DNA from: an uncultured Balneolaceae bacterium | Lineage (GTDB): Bacteria > Bacteroidota > Rhodothermia > Balneolales > Balneolaceae | Direction: 5' to 3' | DNA length: 32,000 nucleotides | Assembly: GCA_964517005.1 (NCBI GenBank) | Contig: CAZFAJ010000016.1 | Span: 1 to 32,000 of the forward strand | Shown: positions 17,293-25,331 of the stretch, one piece after another | How positions within the stretch are numbered: position 1 is the stretch's first letter | Layout: the number at the start of each line of letters is the position of its first letter | Position numbers and translations under genes: made by a program | Notes under the pieces: generated by a model | The model's database searches: none | Seen by the model: only the letters and a program-made list of their open reading frames with translations | Told to the model about the DNA's origin: nothing

Positions 17293-17907
17293 ATGGATTT
17301 TGATAAATTTGGCAAACAGCTAAAAAGCAATCCCCGGAAAACACTGCGTTTTGTAGCCGGCTTTTCAGTTACGCTTATTGTCCTCTGGTTACTTGTTCTG
17401 ATGCAGACGAATTCCTGGAAAAATGAGAGCTATGTAGATCTTCAGAATCTTGAGAAAATCTCAGAGAAGTCAGGCCTTCAAATGGAAAAAGAGCCTGAGG
17501 CTGAATCAATTTTGCCCGACCCGGAGAAAAGATCTTCAGCTCCGGGTTATGGAACCGTTATTTTTCTGTTATTTGCCGTTGGCAGCGCTTACTATTTTTT
17601 AAATAAAAAAAGTAAAAAGACCCTACACGATAAACCATCAGCGAATATAGAGTTACTCGAATCCATCCCTGTTTCCGCCGGAAATAACCTTGTAGTGGCC
17701 GGAGTTAATGATGAATACTGGATTATGAGTTCGGGTGAATCAGGATTGGAAATACTGAAGGTATTCAACCGGTCGGAATGGAAGCAGCGTGATAAAATGC
17801 GGGGCACAGATCCTGTAAAAAAAACACTGTTTGCAGAACTGTTAAATGGTTTTCAGAAAAACGGAGATGCCATAAACGGCAAGGCAGGAATAACAAATGA
17901 AAACTGA
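17293..17907 (+). CDS. fliO: Flagellar biosynthesis protein FliO/FliZ-like, with an extra N-terminal TM region
   Basis: The gene lies between fliN and fliP. The FliO-like core is TM 'GTVIFLLFAVGSAYYFL' followed by 'LLESIPVSAGNNLVVAGVNDEYWIMSSGESGLEILKVF'. The additional N-terminal TM is 'FVAGFSVTLIVLWLLVLM'. Confidence 0.7.
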   Translation: MDFDKFGKQLKSNPRKTLRFVAGFSVTLIVLWLLVLMQTNSWKNESYVDLQNLEKISEKSGLQMEKEPEAESILPDPEKRSSAPGYGTVIFLLFAVGSAYYFLNKKSKKTLHDKPSANIELLESIPVSAGNNLVVAGVNDEYWIMSSGESGLEILKVFNRSEWKQRDKMRGTDPVKKTLFAELLNGFQKNGDAINGKAGITNEN

Positions 17908-17980
17908 AGCATCAATAGTGCATACCGTTGGAAGTATTCCGGGAAATTTTAGGTCTGTAAAAACCAGGGCAGGTTTTAAA

Positions 17981-18739
17981 ATGATAAAATCACTGATACT
18001 GCTCATTGCTTTAACAGGTTTTAGTATTTTCTTTCTTCCTTCGGAAAGCATTGCACAGGCATCATCGCAGGCACAAACCGGGGTAAATATAAACATCGGG
18101 GGAGATGTAGAAGATTTCTCAGTAGCAATCCAGGCACTGATTCTTTTAACAGTACTTTCTTTCGGCCCGGCCATTGTCACAATGATGACCAGCTTTACAA
18201 GAATTATCGTTGTCTTTTTCTTTTTAAGGATGGGGCTTGGCACTCAGCAGTCGCCACCCAACCAGGTTCTGCTGGGACTGGCACTCTTTATGACAATTTT
18301 TATTATGGCCCCCGCATTTAATGAAATTAATACCTTCGCAATAGAGCCATACATAGATGAGGAAATCACACAGACGGAAGCATTGGGAAGAGCGGCACTT
18401 CCATTAAAAGAGTTTATGGTAAATCAGACACGCGAGAAAGATCTGCTTATGTTTATGGATCTTGGAAATATTGACCCGGTTGCAGGTCTCGATGAATTAC
18501 CTATCTATGTTGTTGTGCCCGCTTTCGTGATTAGTGAACTCAGAATTGCTTTCCAGATCGGTTTTTTGATCTATCTTCCGTTTATGGTGATAGACCTTGT
18601 TGTAGCATCAATTCTGTTATCGATGGGTATTTTGTTCCTTCCTCCGGTACTTGTATCGCTGCCGTTTAAAATACTCGTTTTTGTTTTGACAGATGGCTGG
18701 TTTTTACTTGTGGAATCCATGATAAGAAGTTTTAATTAA
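17981..18739 (+). CDS. fliP: Flagellar export gate protein FliP
   Basis: 'FTRIIVVFFFLRMGLGTQQSPPNQVLLGLALFMTIFIMAP' is the FliP signature. I prefer the ATG at 17981, which gives the signal-peptide-like 'MIKSLILLIALTGFSIFFLPSESIAQA'. The longer ORF from ATG 17897 overlaps fliO by 11 nt and is the alternative. Confidence 0.93.
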   Translation: MIKSLILLIALTGFSIFFLPSESIAQASSQAQTGVNINIGGDVEDFSVAIQALILLTVLSFGPAIVTMMTSFTRIIVVFFFLRMGLGTQQSPPNQVLLGLALFMTIFIMAPAFNEINTFAIEPYIDEEITQTEALGRAALPLKEFMVNQTREKDLLMFMDLGNIDPVAGLDELPIYVVVPAFVISELRIAFQIGFLIYLPFMVIDLVVASILLSMGILFLPPVLVSLPFKILVFVLTDGWFLLVESMIRSFN

Positions 18740-18740
18740 T

Positions 18741-19010
18741 ATGAATACGGAAGTCGGTTTATTTTGGTTACAGGAAGCGCTGACAGCTATGGTGGTTTTA
18801 GCCGGACCGATTCTTGCCGGTGCATTGATCATCGGTCTGGTTGTAGCCCTGTTTCAGGCTGTTACAACTATACAGGAAATGACTCTCGCATATGTTCCTA
18901 AAATGTTAGTTGTTGTGGTGATGTTGTTCTTTTTGTTTGGCTTTATGCTGGAATATGCAACAGATTTTATGGAGCGTATTTTTGCTTTTATTGCCACGAT
19001 TAATGAATAA
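18741..19010 (+). CDS. fliQ: Flagellar export gate protein FliQ
   Basis: 89 aa. 'AGPILAGALIIGLVVALFQAVTTIQEMTLAYVPKM' is canonical FliQ. Confidence 0.95.
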   Translation: MNTEVGLFWLQEALTAMVVLAGPILAGALIIGLVVALFQAVTTIQEMTLAYVPKMLVVVVMLFFLFGFMLEYATDFMERIFAFIATINE

Positions 19011-19110
19011 ACCGGAATTTTTTGAGAGGAATTGAAGCCATATTAAAAGTATGCTTTTTATATAAGCATGCCACTAACGAACGTAAGAAAGAATTATTCA
19101 GGAATATCAG

Positions 19111-19887
19111 ATGGAGCTTCTTCAGGTTGAAATTATTCTAACCTCTTTTCTCATTTTTGTGAGAGTTGGTGCTCTGATGGCAACAGCTCCATTTTTCAGT
19201 AATGGGTCAATACCCGTTCAGGTAAAGGTTTTTTTATCACTTGTGCTCGCAGTAATGCTTTTTCCTGTAATTCCGGTTCAGGATATGAGCATTCCTCTTG
19301 ATGCAAATATGCTTCAGATTGTAATTGCTGTAATTAAGGAGTTACTGGTTGGAATAGCTCTCGGTTTAACGGGACAAATTCTTTTTGCATCTCTTCAAAT
19401 TGCGGGTGAATTGATGAGTTTAAACATCGGAATTGCTTTTGCGAGTTTAATTGATCCTGTAAACCAAACGCAGCAGTCCATTATTGGCCAACTTTTCGTA
19501 TTGCTCGGCACATTCATCTTTATAAGCACCGGTGGTGACGGATACTATATCCGGGCTCTGGCTCACAGTTTTGATATTGTACCTGTTGGTACGGTTGCCG
19601 CACATGCAGCCGCGCCTGTTTTTATCAATCTGGCCACGCGTCTTTTTATTACAGGAGTGCAAATTGCATCCCCATTTATTATTGTTCTTTTTTTGATGGA
19701 TCTTTCATTTGCCATTTTTGCCAGGATCATGCCCCAGGCAAATGTCTTTTTTATTGCACTTCCGCTAAAGGTGGGAGTCGGGTTTGTATTACTGCTATGG
19801 GTATTGCCTTTTGCGCCAACAGCTTTTGATATGATTTTTACTCAAATATGGGATTCACTGGCTAAAATAATGGAAGCAATCGGATAG
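19111..19887 (+). CDS. fliR: Flagellar export gate protein FliR
   Basis: 258 aa polytopic membrane protein. The 'FLIFVRVGALMATAPFF' N-terminus is typical of FliR, and the gene follows fliQ. Confidence 0.93.
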   Translation: MELLQVEIILTSFLIFVRVGALMATAPFFSNGSIPVQVKVFLSLVLAVMLFPVIPVQDMSIPLDANMLQIVIAVIKELLVGIALGLTGQILFASLQIAGELMSLNIGIAFASLIDPVNQTQQSIIGQLFVLLGTFIFISTGGDGYYIRALAHSFDIVPVGTVAAHAAAPVFINLATRLFITGVQIASPFIIVLFLMDLSFAIFARIMPQANVFFIALPLKVGVGFVLLLWVLPFAPTAFDMIFTQIWDSLAKIMEAIG

Positions 19888-19918
19888 GCAAGAGACAAAA
19901 AGAAATAAAATGCTCAAG

Positions 19919-20338
19919 TTAAATTAAAGGCTTCAGCAAATTGATCAGCTTTCGGTTGCGATCGAGCCTGTATACATCGAAATCGCTATCCAGTGAGATA
20001 ATGTATTTGATCTGCAGTGTCTCAGCAGCCTGTAAGAGAGAAGCGTGAGCTAAATCAGCCGGAAGATCTTCATATTTTTTTATAAGGGCATGTATTCTGG
20101 CAAGTTCCCACTGCTCAGTATTGTGGAGTTCTATTCCGCCTTCATAAACCCAGGATAGAAAATCGAGGCGAACCTGTGAATTGAAATCAAGCATGTAAGA
20201 TGCTTCAGTTACGACAGGCCATGTAGTAATTAAACGGCCTTCGTACTTTTCCATGAAACGATAAACGATTCGGTGATATTGATCACTCCGGTCAAAGAGA
20301 GCAATAACCGGACCGGCATCAATCAGAGCGCTTTTCAC
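19919..20338 (-). CDS. vapC: PIN-domain ribonuclease toxin (VapC family)
   Basis: 139 aa. Acidic PIN residues occur in 'LIDAGPVIALF', 'VVTEASYML' and 'ISLDSDFDVYRL'. The GTG start overlaps the upstream RHH gene by 20 nt. Confidence 0.85.
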   Translation of the reverse strand: MKSALIDAGPVIALFDRSDQYHRIVYRFMEKYEGRLITTWPVVTEASYMLDFNSQVRLDFLSWVYEGGIELHNTEQWELARIHALIKKYEDLPADLAHASLLQAAETLQIKYIISLDSDFDVYRLDRNRKLINLLKPLI

Positions 20339-20567
20339 GGATTTTTGATTTAATTTCTGATTTGTAGGATACAGAACGGTTATGATCGCCGCTGCTGTGC
20401 TTTCCGAAATACTTTTTTCCGGTTATGAAGGGTTGATTGTATGTTTTTTCTTTTGCCATATACTCTACGAGCGCTTCTTTGATGATTTCGGAACGGGATA
20501 TATCTTTTTGATTTGACAAAACTTCCAGTTCATGTTCAATTTCTTTGGGTAGCCTTACCGATCTCAT
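20319..20567 (-). CDS. vapB: Ribbon-helix-helix (CopG/RHH) antitoxin paired with the PIN toxin
   Basis: 'MRSVRLPKEIEHELEVLSNQKDISRSEIIKEALVEYMAKE' has an RHH beta-strand plus two helices. The gene is 82 aa, lies immediately upstream of the PIN gene and overlaps it. Confidence 0.8.
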   Translation of the reverse strand: MRSVRLPKEIEHELEVLSNQKDISRSEIIKEALVEYMAKEKTYNQPFITGKKYFGKHSSGDHNRSVSYKSEIKSKIREKRSD

Positions 20568-20767
20568 GCCGAAAATATTTTAAATTTATTGTTATACAAA
20601 ATGTATTACTTTATTAAAAAATAATCAAGCCTCCTTAAAAATAATCCATTTTCAGGGGGCAACGGAATGTATAATATATAAGAGATTTCTGAATAAATTT
20701 TTGGTAACTCCAAAGCATCTGAGACCGCTTTTTGAGAAGGGATTGATTTTAAAATTTAACTGCCAGG

Positions 20768-21529
20768 CTAATATTGGGAAATTTTGTTTTGTAAGGTAGA
20801 ACGAAGTTGTAGCAGTAATTTACCAACAATTTGAGATATACGGGCTTCAGTCAGACCCATAAGAAGTGCAATCTCTTTTAAGGTAAGGTCTTCATAATAG
20901 TAAAGGGCAAGGATAAGCCTTTCTCTCTCCTTGAATTGATTGATAGCCATTTTAATTTGCTTTGACATGCTCTCTTTCTCAAGATTTGAATCTGGTTGTT
21001 CAGAGGCGCTGTTTTCCAACTGATCTAAAACTGGTTGGTCAGATTCATGAGGATGAACGGTCTGATCAAGCGATAAAACAGCTCTTTGCTGAACATTACT
21101 TAATAAGCTTTGGTAGTTCTCAAGGCTCATCTCCATCTTTTCGGCTACCTCTTCATCATCCGGCTGGCGTCCCAGTTCCTGCTGAAGCTGATCAATAACT
21201 TCCTGTGCTTTTCCAAACTGTGTTCTGTCGGTTCGCGGAAGCTGATCGATGGATCTGAGGTAATCAATAATATTTCCGCGAATCCGGTAATAGGCAAACG
21301 TGTTAAATTGAATCTCTTTAGAACAGTCGTAATTTTCAAGTGCCTGAAGCAAACCCATGATTCCGGCGCTTTCAATATCTTCATATTGTGATAATGCAGT
21401 TTCCGGCCTGCGAACCTTTCCTATGATGCTCTTTACCAGTGGCATTGCTTCTGTAATAATGGCATTCCGTAATGCGATTGTCGGTTCTTCACAGTATGAA
21501 TCGACCAATTCCTGAAGAGATAAATTCAT
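20768..21529 (-). CDS. fliA: Flagellar sigma factor FliA (sigma28 / SigD family)
   Basis: Region 2 is 'FNTFAYYRIRGNIIDYLR'. The region 4.2 HTH is 'YYEDLTLKEIALLMGLTEARISQIVGK'. The protein is 253 aa and sits downstream of flhA/flhF. Confidence 0.93.
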   Translation of the reverse strand: MNLSLQELVDSYCEEPTIALRNAIITEAMPLVKSIIGKVRRPETALSQYEDIESAGIMGLLQALENYDCSKEIQFNTFAYYRIRGNIIDYLRSIDQLPRTDRTQFGKAQEVIDQLQQELGRQPDDEEVAEKMEMSLENYQSLLSNVQQRAVLSLDQTVHPHESDQPVLDQLENSASEQPDSNLEKESMSKQIKMAINQFKERERLILALYYYEDLTLKEIALLMGLTEARISQIVGKLLLQLRSTLQNKISQY

Positions 21530-21598
21530 AGATAATAATTCAATTTTCGAAGCATTCTATCCGGTAATAAGAATTCAGTTCTGAGTCGCATTTTAAAA

Positions 21599-21808
21599 TC
21601 AGGTTTGATGTGTGGTTGCAGAGTGATCCGATTTTGTAGTAGAGGTTTCTTTAATGATATCAATCAGGAAGACAGATATTCTTGTTGTTATCACCAATAC
21701 AGAAAATATGATTACACTTTTCAACATTGATTGTTCAATACCTGATCCTGAAAATGTTAAAAAGGAAAACAAAAGCAGGGAAACGATTGCGTAAATTCGG
21801 ACTAACAT
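21599..21808 (-). CDS. Hypothetical small membrane protein (69 aa, two predicted TM helices)
   Basis: 'VRIYAIVSLLLFSFLTFSG' and 'SVIIFSVLVITTRISVFLIDII'. The ORF is co-oriented between the FlhF-like gene and fliA, in the slot normally held by flhG. I recognised no homology. Confidence 0.4.
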   Translation of the reverse strand: MLVRIYAIVSLLLFSFLTFSGSGIEQSMLKSVIIFSVLVITTRISVFLIDIIKETSTTKSDHSATTHQT

Positions 21809-21851
21809 ATATATGGGGATTTTGATTACGGTTAAATATAATATCTATGAA

Positions 21852-23225
21852 CTAAAAATCATCACTTTTTAAATTTTTCAGACTCCACTCAACAATTTTT
21901 TCAGAAGTTGTATTATTGTAAGAGTCTGTGTGAAGAAAACCGGTTTTAGTCTTGAGATAATATTTGTATATGTAAAAATTACCGGGACTGTCAACACAGT
22001 AGTCCACATTTGAAAATGAGATGTAATCCGGCTTAAAATAGTGATTCGCCGGCAGCTGATGAATTACCTGCTCGGGATCAAACAGGCTATGAGTTACAAA
22101 ATGGTGTTCAGGTTCTAAAGGACCGTCAAATAGCAAGCTATATTCATTCCATTTTTGAGCTACTCCATCAAGTTCTAAAGGCAGAGCCTTTGTTTTTATG
22201 AAAAAAGTGGAGCCCTTTCCTTCACTGTTAAGTATCTGCCTCCATTCTGCATTGGTTGAAATAGTGTAACCCGGAATTTCATCCGATAAATTAACGCTCT
22301 TCAGCAATGAGGGTTGATCTGAAATAAGTACGGGCCGGAAGGTATCGGCCAAAAAATTCCGATTGTGACTTATCAGGAAGTTGATGACATTATCAATTCC
22401 GGAGCCTGACAAACCTGAAAAGAGGTAAACGCCGTTCGCAGAGTCCGGATTTTTTGGCTGTAACTCATTTGTAAGAATTTTTTTTATCTGATTCAGCTGA
22501 ATTTCCGGTTGTCCGCTGGGAAGCATCGTATTGCTGAACCAATGATTTAAAAGATCAGGATGAAATTTTTTAGATAGCAGATGGCGGTAAACAGGATTCC
22601 CCGAAATATCTGGCATTAATTCATTTCCTATCCTTCTTGTAATACGCTCAAGCTGCTGAAGCCGCTGCTGAATATGCTCAAAATGAAAGTTGACGGACGG
22701 CGTATCATTAACATCTAAATAATGATTTCTCTTCGCCTCTTCGGGAAGGGAATCCCGGTAAATTTTATTCTCTTTATCAGGAGATTTTTCCGCTTTTCTC
22801 TTTTTTTGAGGTGGATAGGTATTATAACTATTGCTGCTTTTTTCAAAATAAACACCAGGGGTTTTCTCTTTTAACGTGCTTTTAACCCGAGAGTCTGGGT
22901 TGTCCCGATCACTTACCGGGGAGTTATCTGTTCCTTTATGAGATTCACTGTTATTCTCCATAAATTTATTTATGGATCTGTTTCCTTTGTCAAATAGTTC
23001 TTCAAACTGGCCCAAAAGAGGCTTCAGGAGATGAACCGGTTTTTTTGTTTTGGCATCTGAGCGATATCTGTCAATTTCAGATTCGTCTATAGCAACAGTT
23101 ATTGAAGCAGGTATACCGGGCCTTGATTCGGCAGACTCAAGGATAACGAACTTATTGTTAAAGAGAAGTGAGGCCTTATCACGAGCCTCTGAGAGATTTA
23201 CTCCTTTTACTTTTCTGATGTTCAT
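21852..23225 (-). CDS. flhF: FlhF-like flagellar placement protein with degenerate GTPase motifs
   Basis: The N-terminus 'MNIRKVKGVNLSEARDKASLLFNNKFVILES...ITVAIDE' resembles FlhF ('MKIKKF..EA......G..AVIL.S...V.V.AA.D'). A basic, disordered middle region follows, like the FlhF B-domain. The NG-like C-terminal half has 'VYLFSGLSGSGIDNVINFL' where FlhF has 'I.L.GPTGVGKTTT.AKLA'. The ATG overlaps the flhA stop (ATGA). Confidence 0.65.
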   Translation of the reverse strand: MNIRKVKGVNLSEARDKASLLFNNKFVILESAESRPGIPASITVAIDESEIDRYRSDAKTKKPVHLLKPLLGQFEELFDKGNRSINKFMENNSESHKGTDNSPVSDRDNPDSRVKSTLKEKTPGVYFEKSSNSYNTYPPQKKRKAEKSPDKENKIYRDSLPEEAKRNHYLDVNDTPSVNFHFEHIQQRLQQLERITRRIGNELMPDISGNPVYRHLLSKKFHPDLLNHWFSNTMLPSGQPEIQLNQIKKILTNELQPKNPDSANGVYLFSGLSGSGIDNVINFLISHNRNFLADTFRPVLISDQPSLLKSVNLSDEIPGYTISTNAEWRQILNSEGKGSTFFIKTKALPLELDGVAQKWNEYSLLFDGPLEPEHHFVTHSLFDPEQVIHQLPANHYFKPDYISFSNVDYCVDSPGNFYIYKYYLKTKTGFLHTDSYNNTTSEKIVEWSLKNLKSDDF

Positions 23226-25330
23226 AATTCAACGGGTTCCTGAAGTTGAGGTTCTGATTTCTGGAGTTCAATTTTATCAAATTTTTTAATCTGGGTATCA
23301 ATTGTTAAATCGTTGTAAGATAGCACTACCACATCGGGAATTACCGATACAAGGAAATCGTAAATAGCAGGCCTTAGTACCGGCGAAGTCAGAATGATTG
23401 GCTTGTGTCCATCTGCAATCATATTTTCAAATATTTTATTACAGGCCACATAAAATTTCTCAACAGTATCGGGAGTGAATCCGAGTGTGCTTGGGTGAAG
23501 GTTTCCTTGCTGTGCCTGGGTAATAAGATGAGACTCAAGAGCGCTGTCGAATACGGAGACGGTTACACTCCCTGTTGGATCACTGTACATTTTTGTAATT
23601 TTATCTGCCAGGCTGTTTCGCACATATTCAGTGAGCACTTCAGGATTCTGAGTTTTTCCATGATAATCTGCAATCGTTTCAAGAATAGTGTTGAGATCGC
23701 GAATGGGCACTTGTTCCTTTAAAAGGCGTTTTAATACTTTTTGAATGTTACCGTAGCTCATCTTTTCAGGGATCAACTCTTCAACAACCGCCGGTGATGA
23801 TTCCTTTAAATTTTCAATAAGTTTTTTCACCATTTGCCGGTCAAGTAATTTGTATGCGTTACGTTTAATGATCTCAATCAGATGAGTAGTGATTACAGCT
23901 CCGGCCTCAATAATGGAGAGGCCGAATTTTTCAGCCTCGGCTCTGTTTTTGGAGTTTACCCAAACGGCATCCATACCAAATGCAGGATCCTTGGTTTTTA
24001 CTCCCGGAAGCTCAAGATCGAGATCAGCAGGTAACAGCACCATATGATATTCCGGCAGAAGATCTCCTTTTCCCTGCAGTATGCCACGCATTTTAATTAC
24101 GTATTCATTAGCGTCCAGCTGGATGTTATCCCGGATACGAATGGGGGGGACAAGAATCCCAAGCTCAATTGCAAGTTGCTTGCGCAAAGACGACATCCGG
24201 TCAAGTAGGTCTCCACCCTGTTCAGGATCTACAAGCGGGATTACACTATAGCCGATTTCCAGTTCGAGTGTATCCATCAGCAGGTAATCCTCAATTTTAT
24301 CATCCGGTGAATTCAGCTGTTCTTTTTCCTCGTTAGCCAGAGCCAGGTCCTGTTCATCCTCCTTGCTTTTTTTGTTAGCCTGATAAGCTAAAAATCCTGC
24401 AAGAAGCCAAAAGGGCAAAGCCGGCATTCCCGGAAGTGCACCCATTATGAAAATAAATGCAGCTGAGAGAGCAATCACTTTAGGACTGCCAAATAACTGG
24501 CCGGTGATCTCTGTACTTAAATTGCCTTCAGATGCAGCCCTGGTAACAATAATACCGGCTGCCGTCGAAATCAAAAGGGAGGGGATCTGGCTTACAAGGC
24601 CATCGCCGATTGTGAGAAGGGTATAAGTAGCGGCTGCATCACCGATATCCATACCTTGCTGCATAGTTCCAATTACAAGGCCGCCGATAATATTGATAAA
24701 GGTAATTAACAGCCCTGCAATCACATCACCGCGAACAAATTTACTGGCTCCGTCCATGGCGCCGTAGAAATCACTTTCCCTGGATATTTCTTCTCGTCTT
24801 TTTTTTGCCTCCTCATCTGACAATAATCCGGCGTTGAGGTCTGCATCAATAGCCATCTGCTTGCCGGGCATTGCATCAAGGGTAAAACGGGCTGAAACTT
24901 CTGCAATCCGTGAAGCTCCCTTGGTGATTACAACAAAGTTAATGATTACCAAAACAGCAAAAATAATTACCCCGATAACGTAATTGCCCTGCACAACAAA
25001 ACTGCCAAAAGCCGCAATCAGGTTTCCTGCAAATCCTTCACTGAGAATAAGCCTGGTTGAAGCAACATTAAGGGATAACCGGAATAGTGTCAGTATCAAA
25101 AGCATGCCGGGAAACACAGCAAACTCCAGAGGTTTATTGGTGTAAAAAGCTACCAGCAGAACAATCACGGACAGGGAAACACTCATTGCCAGAAAAAAAT
25201 CGAGCAGGCCTGGCGGAATAGGCAGCACCATAATCATCAGGATCATGAGAATGCTCGACGAAACCAGAATATCCGACCGGCTCATTAGAAAAGCTATCCA
25301 TCCCTGTTTGTTTGGTTTTACTTCTTTCAT
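23222..25330 (-). CDS. flhA: Flagellar export apparatus protein FlhA
   Basis: 702 aa. The N-terminal polytopic domain contains 'RFTLDAMPGKQMAIDADLNAGL', 'FYGAMDGASKFVRGD' and 'IGDGLVSQIPSLLISTAAGIIVTR'. A large cytoplasmic C-domain follows. Confidence 0.97.
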   Translation of the reverse strand: MKEVKPNKQGWIAFLMSRSDILVSSSILMILMIMVLPIPPGLLDFFLAMSVSLSVIVLLVAFYTNKPLEFAVFPGMLLILTLFRLSLNVASTRLILSEGFAGNLIAAFGSFVVQGNYVIGVIIFAVLVIINFVVITKGASRIAEVSARFTLDAMPGKQMAIDADLNAGLLSDEEAKKRREEISRESDFYGAMDGASKFVRGDVIAGLLITFINIIGGLVIGTMQQGMDIGDAAATYTLLTIGDGLVSQIPSLLISTAAGIIVTRAASEGNLSTEITGQLFGSPKVIALSAAFIFIMGALPGMPALPFWLLAGFLAYQANKKSKEDEQDLALANEEKEQLNSPDDKIEDYLLMDTLELEIGYSVIPLVDPEQGGDLLDRMSSLRKQLAIELGILVPPIRIRDNIQLDANEYVIKMRGILQGKGDLLPEYHMVLLPADLDLELPGVKTKDPAFGMDAVWVNSKNRAEAEKFGLSIIEAGAVITTHLIEIIKRNAYKLLDRQMVKKLIENLKESSPAVVEELIPEKMSYGNIQKVLKRLLKEQVPIRDLNTILETIADYHGKTQNPEVLTEYVRNSLADKITKMYSDPTGSVTVSVFDSALESHLITQAQQGNLHPSTLGFTPDTVEKFYVACNKIFENMIADGHKPIILTSPVLRPAIYDFLVSVIPDVVVLSYNDLTIDTQIKKFDKIELQKSEPQLQEPVEL

Positions 25331-25331
25331 G

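Noticed and set aside
15375-17344. Long antisense ORFs opposite fliM and fliN: 15375-15794 (139 aa), 15950-16195 (81 aa) and 16859-17344 (161 aa).
   Set aside because: They lie entirely within confidently assigned flagellar genes on the other strand. Their products are low-complexity, Ser/Ile/Phe-rich shadow translations with no recognisable motifs.
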